Assembly: GCA_002307015.1 (NCBI GenBank)
Contig: DBTK01000115.1
Location: forward strand, 675-50,400
DNA length: 49,726 bases
Direction of reading: 5' to 3'
From: Spirochaetaceae bacterium UBA1318
GTDB lineage: Bacteria > Spirochaetota > Spirochaetia > Treponematales > UBA1318
Shown here: one piece after another, positions 1-9,438 of the stretch
Layout of the letters: each line of letters starts with the position of its first letter
Numbering within the stretch: position 1 is the stretch's first letter
Notes under the pieces: generated by a model
What the model was told of the DNA's origin: nothing
Seen by the model: the letters and a program-made list of their open reading frames with translations, nothing else
The model's database searches: none
Program-made: the position numbers and the translations under genes

Positions 1-1
1 C

Positions 2-1030
2 ACCCGGGTTCCCTCGGGAATCAGGCCGAACATCGTCGCGACGATACGGGGAAAGAAGGCCGAAAAGCGGCTCTGGGTCATGGCCCACCTCGACGTCGTG
101 CCGCCCGGGGAGGCGACGCTCTGGACCACGGATCCCTGGAAGGTCGTCGAGAAGGACGGCTTCCTCTACGGACGCGGGGTCGAGGACGACCAGCAGGGCC
201 TCGTCGCCTCCGTTTTCGCCGCCCTCGCCCTGATGAAGGCCGGGACGGAGCTTCCTTTCGACTTGAAACTTCTTTTCGTTGCCGACGAGGAGGTCGGATC
301 GGCCTACGGCATCCAGTACCTCATGGACCACCACAAGCTCTTCCGAAAGGACGACCTCATCCTGATCCCGGACGGCGGCGATCCCGAGGGCCTGACGATC
401 GAGGTGGCGGAGAAGAACATCCTCTGGCTCAAGGTCACGACCAAGGGCAAGCAGTGCCACGGCTCGACTCCGGGCGAGGGACGAAACGCCTTCCTCGCCG
501 CCTGCGAACTCGCCCTCTCCCTGCACGATCTCGAGAACCATTTCGGGGACAAGGATTCCCTTTTCAATCCCGACTATTCGACCTTTTCGCCGACCAAGAA
601 GGAGGCGAACGTGCCGAACATCAACACGATTCCGGGCGAGGACGTGTTCTACATGGACATCAGGGTGCTGCCGCGCTATCCCCTCGCCGTGGTGATGGCC
701 GAGATCGAGAAGCGGGCGAAGGCCGTCGAGGGGAAGCACGGCGTCAAGATCTCCTTCGAGTCCTCCCAGTCCGTCGAGTCGCCGATGACCCCGGTCGACG
801 CGCTGGTTGTCCGCGAGCTCTTGAAGGCTCTGAAGGAAACCCGCGGTATTGAGGGGAAGACGATCGGGATCGGCGGCGGAACGGTCGGTGCCTACCTTCG
901 CAAGTCGGGCTTCGACGCGGTCGTCTGGGGCACCCTCGAGGAGAAGGCCCACCAGCCCAACGAGAGCGCCAAGATAGCGAACATCATCGCGGACGCGAAG
1001 GTCATCGCCCTGCTGGCTGCGGGGCGGTAA
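2..1030 (+). CDS. M20 family metallohydrolase (ArgE/DapE-like), 5'-truncated by the window edge
   Basis: Frame is open from position 2 (TRVPSGIRPNIVATIRG...). Motifs AHLDVVP, YGRGVEDD, DEEVG and AHQPNE are typical of M20 peptidases. Confidence 0.9.
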   Translation, partial: TRVPSGIRPNIVATIRGKKAEKRLWVMAHLDVVPPGEATLWTTDPWKVVEKDGFLYGRGVEDDQQGLVASVFAALALMKAGTELPFDLKLLFVADEEVGSAYGIQYLMDHHKLFRKDDLILIPDGGDPEGLTIEVAEKNILWLKVTTKGKQCHGSTPGEGRNAFLAACELALSLHDLENHFGDKDSLFNPDYSTFSPTKKEANVPNINTIPGEDVFYMDIRVLPRYPLAVVMAEIEKRAKAVEGKHGVKISFESSQSVESPMTPVDALVVRELLKALKETRGIEGKTIGIGGGTVGAYLRKSGFDAVVWGTLEEKAHQPNESAKIANIIADAKVIALLAAGR

Positions 1031-1889
1031 TCGGGCAGACGATCGCGATCCTGCCCTGAACGAGGAGGTCGCGGTCGTCGGCGTTCGAGAGGATCTTGAG
1101 CGCATCGTCCCGGTCGATGATCGGGTCGGTGCGGTTTCGGCCGTAGACCCCGACGGCGAGAATCCTGAGCGGGTCGGTCCCGACCCGCTTCACGACGGCA
1201 GGGCTGTCCCCCTTCGCCGCGTAGATGACCACCCCATCGCTCCTGAACACCCCCTGATCCTCCATCGATCGCTCGTGGATGAGAGCCATTGTCGTGTCCC
1301 GTATCCGGGGCAGGAGGCAGGGCGTGAGGTTCGAGGTCTTTCCCGGCTCGCCGTAGACGGGGAGGGGATCGGTCGCGTAGATGAGGATGCCGGAGTACTT
1401 TCTCGTGGGACGGTAGTCGAGGTAGAGGGGAGCCGGTTCGGGGGCCGCGTCGGTGGCGAAGAGGGCCCCGATCGAGCGGGTCGGGAACCGATACTCGACG
1501 ATGAAGCTCGACAGGTCGGGGCTGAAGCGGCTCGACGAGGCCGGGGTGCCCGAGACGAAATCGGTCATCGATTCGAGCCTGATCCTCCCGGAAACGACGG
1601 CCGAGCCGATGGTGTCGGCCGAATCGAGGGGGATGACGGAGAGGACGTCCCTCGCGGCCGACTGCATCCTGGCCGCGACGATCTGCTCAGCCCTCGCCCT
1701 TCCGCCGGGCATCACGAGGCCCGCCTTCGCCGCGTCGAGTTTCGCGACCGCATAGACGATGCCCTTTTCCCAGTCCGCCCCTCCGGTGTAGGAGAAGGCC
1801 TCGTCGGCGTCTGGAGAGAGCGGCAGGGAGGCGAGGGGAGAGGTTCCGAGGACGACCAGGGCGGCTCCCAATAACAACCCGATTTTCAT
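1002..1889 (-). CDS. Exported hypothetical protein, spirochaete-type
   Basis: Signal peptide MKIGLLLGAALVVLG. AAGGA RBS. Follows the mltD-like gene on the same strand. Its 3' end overlaps the convergent M20 gene by 29 bp. Confidence 0.75.
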   Translation of the reverse strand: MKIGLLLGAALVVLGTSPLASLPLSPDADEAFSYTGGADWEKGIVYAVAKLDAAKAGLVMPGGRARAEQIVAARMQSAARDVLSVIPLDSADTIGSAVVSGRIRLESMTDFVSGTPASSSRFSPDLSSFIVEYRFPTRSIGALFATDAAPEPAPLYLDYRPTRKYSGILIYATDPLPVYGEPGKTSNLTPCLLPRIRDTTMALIHERSMEDQGVFRSDGVVIYAAKGDSPAVVKRVGTDPLRILAVGVYGRNRTDPIIDRDDALKILSNADDRDLLVQGRIAIVCPITAPQPAGR

Positions 1890-1901
1890 CTTCCGTTTCC
1901 T

Positions 1902-3356
1902 TTACTGTACTATCGGCACGGAAAGGACGGTCCCTTCGCGGATTATCGAGTCCATGGTCAACCCGTTCTTCTCGGCGAGGGTTTCCGGCTGGACGTCGTA
2001 GTGCAGGGCTATCGACCAGAGGGTGTCGCCCTTGACGACGGTGTAGGTTCCGGTGAACGAGACGGTGTCACCGGTGGGAACCTCCCTGGCGGGCGGCACG
2101 TAGGGCTTGATGTCCTTGAGGGCGGGAACTACGACCATCGCGCCGATCTTGAGGAGGCTCGGTTTGAGGCCCTGGTTGTATCGCAGGATCATGTCGACCG
2201 AAACCCCGTAGTACCGGGCGAGCGCGGAAAGGGTGTCGCCGGACTTCACCTTGTAGAGGTAGAAGCGGATGAGCTGGAGTTCCTTGTCGTTGAGGACGGC
2301 GGTGACCCTGTCCCCGAACTCGACGGGGATCTTGAGGTAGTAGCTGTCGTCGTCGGGGGGCGTCAGGTTGTAGCGCAGCTCGGCGTTGGCGGCCTTGAGT
2401 GTCGCGAGGGGTACCCCGCTCTTCTCCGCCAAGAGAGAGATGTCCACCGCGCGGGAAACCGGGATGCGCGACCATTCGACCGGGGCGTCCCAGCTGACGG
2501 GAAGGCCGTTCCTGCCCGAGTAGCGCAGGATTGAGGAGACGGCGAGAAACTTGGGCACGTACTCCCGGGTTTCCTTCGGAATGAAGCCGCCCTTTCTCAG
2601 CTCCCAGTAGTCCCTCGTGCCTCCCTTCCTGATCGCCCTCGCCATGGCTCCGTCGCCGCAGTTGTAGGCGCCGATGGCCAGGTACCAGTCCCCGAAGGTC
2701 TCGTAGTTGTCCTTCAGCTTCCTGAGCGAGGCGTCGGTCGATTTCCAGAAATCCCGCCGTTCGTCGACCCAGTCGTTGATCCTGATCCCGTAGCCCCTGA
2801 CGCTGTTCCTCATGAACTGCCAGAGCCCGGTGGCTCCCGATCGCGAGACGGCGCGGACCGAGTAATCCGACTCGATGACGGGAAGGTAGAGGAGTTCCTT
2901 GGGAAGGCCGTAATAGGCGAGGCGCTCGGCTATGAGGCCGCCGTAGATCTGCTCCCGCTTGAGTATTTCGGTCAGGTACTTCAGGCCGTCGGCGCTCAGG
3001 TACTGGTTCCGGTACTTCTGGATCTCCGGACGGTCGGGCACGGGAATGTCGAAGAGCTCGTCTCCGATATGACCCTGGAGGGGGGGATCATCGTCGACGA
3101 CCTTTTTCGCCTGGCGCTGGGGAGGCAGGTCCGGGCCCGGCACGACGGGGATCGGCAACTGGAGGGCGGCCGTCTGGGGGAGATTTGAGGGAATGGCGTC
3201 CGCCGTCGCCGGCTTCGGACAAGGCAGGGCCGGCTCTGCCGCTTCCACGGCGAAACCTCCCGTTCCGGGCACGGCGATGATGAGGGCGAGGATGCCGGCC
3301 AACCGGCTCGGGCGTATCAGAGCTTTTCCCCGAAATAGATTCCGGCCCATTCCCAT
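1902..3356 (-). CDS. mltD: Lytic murein transglycosylase with two C-terminal LysM domains (MltD-like); start uncertain
   Basis: SLT motifs IES, SRSGATGLWQFM, GAYNCG and ETREYVPK. LysM motifs YKVKSGDTLS and YTVVKGDTLWSIA. Confidence 0.85.
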   Translation of the reverse strand: MGMGRNLFRGKALIRPSRLAGILALIIAVPGTGGFAVEAAEPALPCPKPATADAIPSNLPQTAALQLPIPVVPGPDLPPQRQAKKVVDDDPPLQGHIGDELFDIPVPDRPEIQKYRNQYLSADGLKYLTEILKREQIYGGLIAERLAYYGLPKELLYLPVIESDYSVRAVSRSGATGLWQFMRNSVRGYGIRINDWVDERRDFWKSTDASLRKLKDNYETFGDWYLAIGAYNCGDGAMARAIRKGGTRDYWELRKGGFIPKETREYVPKFLAVSSILRYSGRNGLPVSWDAPVEWSRIPVSRAVDISLLAEKSGVPLATLKAANAELRYNLTPPDDDSYYLKIPVEFGDRVTAVLNDKELQLIRFYLYKVKSGDTLSALARYYGVSVDMILRYNQGLKPSLLKIGAMVVVPALKDIKPYVPPAREVPTGDTVSFTGTYTVVKGDTLWSIALHYDVQPETLAEKNGLTMDSIIREGTVLSVPIVQ

Positions 3357-4375
3357 CGTCCGTGGATCTCGGGGTCGGCGGGGAAGTAGATCTTGCGGAA
3401 GTAGAGGTACCAGGTGTTGATCCTCTGGGTCCATCCCCAGGTCCTGAGGTAGGCCTCCCGCGAGTTCGAATCCTTCTCGAGCTTGTCGGCGAAGGCTATC
3501 CTGCCCCCGTCCATGAAGGGGACGAACGAGAACTCGATCTGGCTGTTCTTATCCTCCTCCTCCTGCTCCCAGGACATGGCGAAAAAGTTCACCTTCGCCC
3601 GCAGTTTCGTGAGCTTGGCGGCGTCTCCGGAGGCCATGGCCGACTTGACCGAGTTCACGAGGTCGGAGAGGTTCTCGACCGTCCAGTCCTTGGGCGAGTT
3701 GTAGAAGTCGACCATGCTCCTCGCGTAGTTCTGGGCGCCGGGAAAGTTCGGGATGACGGTGTCGACGTAGGGTAGGAAGTCGGTATAGGCCTTGATGGCC
3801 AGTTCCCAGTCGCCCAGCTGCTCGTAGGTTTTCCCGAGCATGAAGTAGGCGTAGCCGAGGTCGGTGGAATCGGGGAACCTCGCGATGACCTCGAGGTAGT
3901 ACTTGACCTTCCGCTCCGGATCGGTGACCAGCTTGATCAGCTCGTCGAGGCAGGCCTGGTGGATGGACTTGCCCTTGATGAGGAGGTCGGGATAGTTGTT
4001 GACGATGCGTTCGTAGTAGTACTCGGCGAAGGGATCGGCGCCCTGGAGCTGGTAGACGTGGGCGACCATCAGGAGATAGTAGGCGTTGTAGACGTCGGTC
4101 TTGTTTTTTTCGACGTAGGAGGTCATCAGGTTGCACAGCTTGTCGTACTGCCTCATCGCCAGGAGGTCGCTCGCGATCTGCTGCATGACGACGAAACGTT
4201 TTTCGCCCGGTTTCCGTTCCCGGTCGAGGAGCCTGAAAAGCTCCCGTAATTCCTCGCGCTGGGTCGAGTTGCCGGTTATGTAGTAGGACGACGGTCCCGA
4301 GCAGGCCGTCGGGATTACAAGGATGGCGGCGACAAGAAGGCCCAGGAGGGTTCGACCGATTTTTCGGATTTTCAT
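3317..4375 (-). CDS. TPR-containing lipoprotein
   Basis: MKIRKIGR followed by a hydrophobic stretch and lipobox-like PTAC. TPR-like helices (AYFMLGKTYEQLGDWELAIKAY). Confidence 0.8.
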   Translation of the reverse strand: MKIRKIGRTLLGLLVAAILVIPTACSGPSSYYITGNSTQREELRELFRLLDRERKPGEKRFVVMQQIASDLLAMRQYDKLCNLMTSYVEKNKTDVYNAYYLLMVAHVYQLQGADPFAEYYYERIVNNYPDLLIKGKSIHQACLDELIKLVTDPERKVKYYLEVIARFPDSTDLGYAYFMLGKTYEQLGDWELAIKAYTDFLPYVDTVIPNFPGAQNYARSMVDFYNSPKDWTVENLSDLVNSVKSAMASGDAAKLTKLRAKVNFFAMSWEQEEEDKNSQIEFSFVPFMDGGRIAFADKLEKDSNSREAYLRTWGWTQRINTWYLYFRKIYFPADPEIHGRWEWAGIYFGEKL

Positions 4376-4408
4376 GACGATCCGGGATACTACCATACGG
4401 GGCCTCCG

Positions 4409-4437
4409 TTGGCAAGCATCCCGTGAATCGGTACAAT
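4409..4437 (+). promoter_or_regulatory. sigma70-type promoter TTGGCA-17-TACAAT, overlapping a divergent TTGCCA-17-TAGTAT promoter on the minus strand
   Basis: Consensus-like hexamers with 17-bp spacers on both strands in the 68-bp divergent gap. Confidence 0.55.
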
Positions 4438-4443
4438 GCGACA

Positions 4444-6255
4444 ATGCCCCGACGCCGTCTGAACCGAGGGAGCGGACGTTCCGTCCTTTCCTTCGCCGGC
4501 AATAAATCCGTCTGCCTGGCTCTCGTCCTCGGCGCCATGTTCGTCGCGGGCGCGGCGATGGTTTCGTGTGCGTCGGCGCCCGCGAAGGCCCTTCCGGCGA
4601 AGCCGGCCCCGGGCGCCGCGGAAACCCCGATCGCGGTCGCACCGACCCGACCCGTCTCCGCCGAGACCCCCGTCCCGACCCCGGCTCCCGCCGTCACCCT
4701 CACCGCGAGGGTCGAATCCCTGGTGACCCTCGCCTCGCCGAAGAGCCTCGTCGAGGCCATCGAGCTCATCAAGTCGTCGGGCAACACGGACCGCGAATTC
4801 GGCCGGGACATGCTCCACGTCGCGGTGCAACTGATGCTAAGGCTCTACCCGGATGTCGGCATGACGCCTGAAAAAACCGATCCGCCCCCCTTGAGCCCCT
4901 ATCTCAAGATATTCCAGGACGTGGACCGGGGCCGCTACTACCTGAATCCCGCCGAGAGCGACCGGTCGAGGCTTTCCGTCATCCAGCTCTGCCTCCCGTC
5001 CCTCGTGTTCCTCTCGGGGGCCAAACCCGAGCTCCAGGCCCAGGCCCTGGACGACCTCGAGCTCGCCCTGCGTCCCGGCACCCCATCCGTCCTTCCCGAT
5101 TACTTCCTCGGCCTCATCGCCGAACAGCGGCAGAACTGGGCCGAGGCCTTGCGGCTTTACGGCGAGGTGACGAAACTCGCCCCCGATGCCTATGTCGCCG
5201 ACGTCGGCAGGGCGAGGATGCTCCTCAACCTCGGGAAGCCCGACGAGGCCCTGTCCCTCCTCTCGGGGCTCAGGGACAGCCACCCCGACAACATCGCCGT
5301 GAAGAAGGCCCTCGCCAGCGCCTACTACGACAAGGGCGACTACCGGACCGCCGGTCCCCTGATCGCGGCCGTCCTCCAGCGGGACCCATCCAACGCCCCC
5401 TTCCTGTTGATGAGAGCCCGGCTTCTCGTCCTCGACAAGAACTGGCCCCAGGCCGTCCAGCTTCTCGACGCCTACGACAAGGTCAATCCCTCGGACAGGC
5501 TCTACCTTTTCCTCCGCGTAACATTGCAGCTCGAGGGATTTCGCGATCCGGCCGCCGCCCTCGTTTCCATCCGGAAGGCTCAGGGACTCTATCCCGAGGC
5601 GCCCGAATTCCTGATACCCGAGGCGAAGGCCCTTCTCGCCCTCAAGCAGAATGCCGAGGCGAGGATCGTCCTTGAAAAGGTGAGGGCAGCAGGGAGCGCC
5701 GAGGCGACGGACATGCTCCTCGATCTCGCCGTCGCCGGGGGGCGGTGGGAAGACGCTTCCGTCTACGCCGAGGAGGCCCTGAAGCGGGACCGGTCTCCCG
5801 ACAACCTGAGGCTGGCCTACGGCATCTACGAAAAGCTCAGGTTGGTCGATCGGATGAACTCGATCGCCGAGGCATACTACCGGGCTCTTCCCGCCTCCGA
5901 GGACGCGATCGCCTACTATATTAAGGCCCTCCTTTCCCAGGGCAATACGGACGCGGCGAAACCCCTGATCGATTCGGCCCTCGCGGGCAAGGGCTCGGGG
6001 CATTTCCGGTCGACCCTGTTCTTCCTGCGTTCCCGCATCGATACGACGGACGACGCCGTCCTCTCCGACATCCGCTCGAGCCTCCTCGAGGACCTCCGGA
6101 ACCCCGACGCCCTCGTTGCCATGTACGACCTCTATTTCAGGCAGAAGGACTACCGGAAGGCCCAGTACTACCTCAAGCAGGCGATCGCGCTCGATCCCGG
6201 CAATCCCGGTCTCCAGGAAAGGCAGGTGAAGCTCGATGCGGCGCTCGGCCAGTAG
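4444..6255 (+). CDS. TPR-repeat lipoprotein
   Basis: Hydrophobic segment plus MVSC lipobox-like site, Pro/Ala linker and multiple TPR motifs. ATG 4444 is preferred over GTG 4423 because 4423 lies inside the predicted promoter. Confidence 0.8.
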   Translation: MPRRRLNRGSGRSVLSFAGNKSVCLALVLGAMFVAGAAMVSCASAPAKALPAKPAPGAAETPIAVAPTRPVSAETPVPTPAPAVTLTARVESLVTLASPKSLVEAIELIKSSGNTDREFGRDMLHVAVQLMLRLYPDVGMTPEKTDPPPLSPYLKIFQDVDRGRYYLNPAESDRSRLSVIQLCLPSLVFLSGAKPELQAQALDDLELALRPGTPSVLPDYFLGLIAEQRQNWAEALRLYGEVTKLAPDAYVADVGRARMLLNLGKPDEALSLLSGLRDSHPDNIAVKKALASAYYDKGDYRTAGPLIAAVLQRDPSNAPFLLMRARLLVLDKNWPQAVQLLDAYDKVNPSDRLYLFLRVTLQLEGFRDPAAALVSIRKAQGLYPEAPEFLIPEAKALLALKQNAEARIVLEKVRAAGSAEATDMLLDLAVAGGRWEDASVYAEEALKRDRSPDNLRLAYGIYEKLRLVDRMNSIAEAYYRALPASEDAIAYYIKALLSQGNTDAAKPLIDSALAGKGSGHFRSTLFFLRSRIDTTDDAVLSDIRSSLLEDLRNPDALVAMYDLYFRQKDYRKAQYYLKQAIALDPGNPGLQERQVKLDAALGQ

Positions 6256-7075
6256 CGGATCGGGGCCCGGCTCCCCGGATGGTGGGGGTACCCCCGACCC
6301 GGAGATCTCGCGGTTTCTCGAAACGGTGTACCTGGCCTACCAGAGGCCCGAATTCATCAGTCCCGATCCCCTCGAGATCGTCCTCGGCTATCCCGCAGCC
6401 CGGGATCGAGCCGTCGCGGGCCTCGTCTGCTCGAGCCTCGCCATGGGAAGGGTGGGCTCCATCCTCGATGGCTGTCGGCATCTCCTCGATCTTCTCGGCG
6501 AGGGCCCCGCCGACTCGGCTCTCCTCTCCTACGGCGAGCTCTCCTCCCGGCTCTCGGGCTTCAGGTACCGGTTCTTTTCGGGAGACGACCTGGCCGCCCT
6601 CCTCGCCGCCGCGGGGGAGGCCGAGCGGCGGTTTGGCAGCCTCGAGTCCTGTTTCCTTTCAGGGTACGATTCCGGGGATCCCGACGTCTCGGGCGCCTCC
6701 GAGGCCTTCATCGCGGCGCTCCGGTCCTGGGTTCCCCCCTTCGCCCCGAATCTCCTGCCCCGGCCATCGGACGGGAGCGCCTGCAAGCGCTTCAACCTCT
6801 TTCTGCGCTGGATGGTCAGGCGCGATGCGATCGATCCGGGGGACTGGGCCGGCGGGGTGGACAAGTCGAAGCTCCTCGTGCCCCTCGATACCCACCTGCT
6901 TTCCGTCGCGGGCCGTCTCGGCTTCCTTTCCGGCCGCCAGGCGACGGCGGCCGCGGCCCGTTCGCTCACCGATGCCTTCCGCGTCTACGACAAGCACGAC
7001 CCGGTCCGATTCGACTTCTCGCTGACGAGGATGGGGATCAATCCCGGCTCCTGCCCCGAGTTCGACTTTCCCTGA
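6236..7075 (+). CDS. TIGR02757/DUF2400 family protein
   Basis: Motifs FISPDPL, YRFF, SACKRFNLFLRWMVR, DPGDW, VPLDTH and DPVRFDFSL. Confidence 0.85.
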   Translation: MRRSASSGSGPGSPDGGGTPDPEISRFLETVYLAYQRPEFISPDPLEIVLGYPAARDRAVAGLVCSSLAMGRVGSILDGCRHLLDLLGEGPADSALLSYGELSSRLSGFRYRFFSGDDLAALLAAAGEAERRFGSLESCFLSGYDSGDPDVSGASEAFIAALRSWVPPFAPNLLPRPSDGSACKRFNLFLRWMVRRDAIDPGDWAGGVDKSKLLVPLDTHLLSVAGRLGFLSGRQATAAAARSLTDAFRVYDKHDPVRFDFSLTRMGINPGSCPEFDFP

Positions 7076-7097
7076 GCCCCTGAAAACTCTCGGGTGT

Positions 7098-7126
7098 TTG
7101 CTTTTTTACCCCGCGGGCTGTATACT
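7098..7126 (+). promoter_or_regulatory. sigma70-type promoter of rbr-dfx
   Basis: TTGCTT-17 bp-TATACT. Confidence 0.6.
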
Positions 7127-7188
7127 CTCACCCGGTTGGGGCCGCATTAAGGGTGGCTCCGTATCGATAGGACAGGGGGATTTTCTGT

Positions 7189-7764
7189 ATGAAGAGTGTG
7201 AAAGGAACCCAGACCGAAAAGAACTTGTTGACCGCGTTCGCCGGGGAATCCCAGGCCCGAAACCGCTACACCTACTATACGGGCAAGGCACGCGACGAGG
7301 GTTTCATGCAGATTTCGGCAATCTTCGAGGAAACCGCAAACCAGGAGAAGGAACATGCCAAGCGGCTGTTCAAGTTTCTCGAGGGCGGTGAGGCGATGGT
7401 AACGGCCTCCTTCCCCGCGGGCATCATCGGTACCACCTCGCAGAACCTCGCGGCTGCCGCCGAGGGTGAAAACTACGAATGGAAAACGATGTATCCCGGT
7501 TTCGCGAAAATCGCCCGCGAGGAGGGATTCGAGGCGGTTGCGACCGTTTTCGAGGCGATCGCCGTTGCCGAAAAACAGCACGCCAAACGCTATGAAGGGC
7601 TCAAGAAGAACGTCGATGCGGGCACGGTATTCAAGCGGGAAAAAAAGACCGTGTGGCGCTGCCTGAACTGCGGCTATCTGTTTGAAGGCGAGGAAGCCCC
7701 GAAGGCTTGTCCCGCGTGCGCCCATCCCCAGGCCTATTTCGAGGTCCTGAGCGAGAACTGGTAG
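7189..7764 (+). CDS. rbr: Rubrerythrin
   Basis: [12 protein letters not shown], diiron motifs EKEHA and EKQHA, and C-terminal rubredoxin-like CLNCG...CPAC. Confidence 0.95.
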   Translation: MKSVKGTQTEKNLLTAFAGESQARNRYTYYTGKARDEGFMQISAIFEETANQEKEHAKRLFKFLEGGEAMVTASFPAGIIGTTSQNLAAAAEGENYEWKTMYPGFAKIAREEGFEAVATVFEAIAVAEKQHAKRYEGLKKNVDAGTVFKREKKTVWRCLNCGYLFEGEEAPKACPACAHPQAYFEVLSENW

Positions 7765-7772
7765 GAGAAATC

Positions 7773-8144
7773 ATGAAGAAAGGACAGATTTTCGAGTGCA
7801 AGGAATGCGGGAACCTGATCGAGGTTCTCCGTGCGGGAACCTGCGAACCCGAATGCTGCGGAAAACCGATGACGGCCCTCGCCGAGAATACGGTCGACGC
7901 GTCCAAGGAAAAACACATCCCGGTCATCCAGAAGACGGCCGCCGGATACAAGGTCTCCGTCGGTTCCGTTCCCCATCCCATGGAAGAAAAGCACTATATC
8001 GAATGGATCGAGCTCGTGGCCGACGGGATTTCCTACCGAAAATTCCTGAAACCAGGTGACGTGGCCGAAGCCGACTTCGCCGTGAGCGCAGCCTCTGTCG
8101 GCGCCCGCGAGCATTGCACCCTGCACGGACTCTGGAAGGCTTGA
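7773..8144 (+). CDS. dfx: Desulfoferrodoxin (2Fe superoxide reductase)
   Basis: AGGAG RBS then MKKG. Desulforedoxin CKEC...CCG, plus EKHIP, HPM..KHYI and CTLHGLW. Confidence 0.93.
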   Translation: MKKGQIFECKECGNLIEVLRAGTCEPECCGKPMTALAENTVDASKEKHIPVIQKTAAGYKVSVGSVPHPMEEKHYIEWIELVADGISYRKFLKPGDVAEADFAVSAASVGAREHCTLHGLWKA

Positions 8145-8181
8145 TGACGAGCCCGCTGGAATGCGGGCGGGATGGTCCCGC

Positions 8182-8210
8182 TTGCGCGGCGGTTCCATTC
8201 CGGGTATAGT
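8182..8210 (+). promoter_or_regulatory. sigma70-type promoter of rubredoxin
   Basis: TTGCGC-17 bp-TATAGT. Confidence 0.5.
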
Positions 8211-8283
8211 TTCTGCGCCGATTCCGAGCAAACGTTGATATGCGAAAGCCTTTCAACGGCCAGCGAGATACCAGGAGGCTGAC

Positions 8284-8445
8284 ATGAAGAAATACGTATG
8301 CGATGTCTGCGGCTACATCTACGACCCGGCCGTCGGGGATCCGGACGGCGGCGTGAAGCCGGGAACCACGTTCGAGCAAATTCCGGCTGATTGGGTCTGC
8401 CCGATGTGCGGCGCAGGCAAGGACAATTTTTCTCCGGTCGACTGA
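8284..8445 (+). CDS. rub: Rubredoxin (53 aa; absent from the ORF track)
   Basis: AGGAGG RBS. Translation [53 protein letters not shown] has both CxxC motifs. Confidence 0.97.
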   Translation: MKKYVCDVCGYIYDPAVGDPDGGVKPGTTFEQIPADWVCPMCGAGKDNFSPVD

Positions 8446-8510
8446 CGGGGCGGGGCGCCTGCATGATGGCGCCCCCGTTCCCAGATGTCGTCAGGACAGG
8501 TAGGGACACC

Positions 8511-8801
8511 ATGATTTCACGACAAAGTTTCATTTTCACCATCGGATTCGACGGCGATACCGCGGTGGTGGACAAGCGCGCCAAGGCCAAGTATGGCCGG
8601 TATTCGACGATGGAACTGGCCCAGGCCGGTTTCTTCAGAGCCGCCTACGCCTCGGCGGTATTCGAGGAAAGGCCCGAGGAACTCAAGAGTTTTCTCGATT
8701 ACTACAATTCCCTCGCCGGCACCGCCTATTCCCCCGCGGACGATGTTACCCGGCTTTTCGGCGTTGCCAAAGAAAAGACCGTCAAGACGATCGAACTCTA
8801 G
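8511..8801 (+). CDS. Small hypothetical protein (96 aa)
   Basis: ATG after AGGGA. Globular-looking sequence MISRQSFIFTIGFDGDTAVVD... with genome-typical codon use. Confidence 0.7.
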   Translation: MISRQSFIFTIGFDGDTAVVDKRAKAKYGRYSTMELAQAGFFRAAYASAVFEERPEELKSFLDYYNSLAGTAYSPADDVTRLFGVAKEKTVKTIEL

Positions 8802-8908
8802 CAGGGTTTGATGCTGCATGTGCGCAGAAAACCGCAAGGTTTTCAAACACATGCCTGGTCGGTACCGACGCGGCCTCACGGGCGATTCGGCCTGAAATCT
8901 TTCGATTC

Positions 8909-8937
8909 TTGACTAGAGCCGGTAACTATGGTACCCT
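8909..8937 (+). promoter_or_regulatory. Putative promoter of yajC-secDF
   Basis: TTGACT-17 bp-TACCCT with a TG extension. Confidence 0.45.
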
Positions 8938-8970
8938 TCCAAATCAATCCGGAATTAAGGAAGAAGACAC

Positions 8971-9399
8971 ATGGATAAACTTTTCAACCTACTGCCCCTG
9001 TCCCAGGCTGCCGCGGGCGCCGGGAATTCGACCGGGCAGCTCGTATCCACCTTTGTAACGTTCGGCCTCGTCATCGTCATTTTCTATTTTCTGATCATCC
9101 GCCCCCAGAGCAAGAAGCAGAAGGAAACCGAGAAGATGCTCTCCGCTCTCAAGAAGGGTGACCACGTCCTTACCGTCGGCGGTATCTACGGCGTCGTCCA
9201 ATCCGTCAAGGAAAAGACCGTCATCGTCAAGGTCGACGAGACAACCAAGCTGGAGTTCTCCCGCGCATCGATCTCCGCCATCGTGAACCAGATCGAGGAG
9301 AAGCAGGAAAAGCCCGCGAAGGAATCGAAAAAATCGAAAGAAACGAAAATCGCCTCCGAGGACGTCGAAAAGCCCTCCGAGATTGAAGAGAAAAAGTAA
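8971..9399 (+). CDS. yajC: Preprotein translocase subunit YajC
   Basis: FYFLIIRPQSKKQK...LKKGDHVLTVGGIYG; directly upstream of secD. Confidence 0.95.
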   Translation: MDKLFNLLPLSQAAAGAGNSTGQLVSTFVTFGLVIVIFYFLIIRPQSKKQKETEKMLSALKKGDHVLTVGGIYGVVQSVKEKTVIVKVDETTKLEFSRASISAIVNQIEEKQEKPAKESKKSKETKIASEDVEKPSEIEEKK

Positions 9400-9438
9400 C
9401 CGAGCCTTCGAAGCATCAGGAACCTCTGGAGTCGTTAC

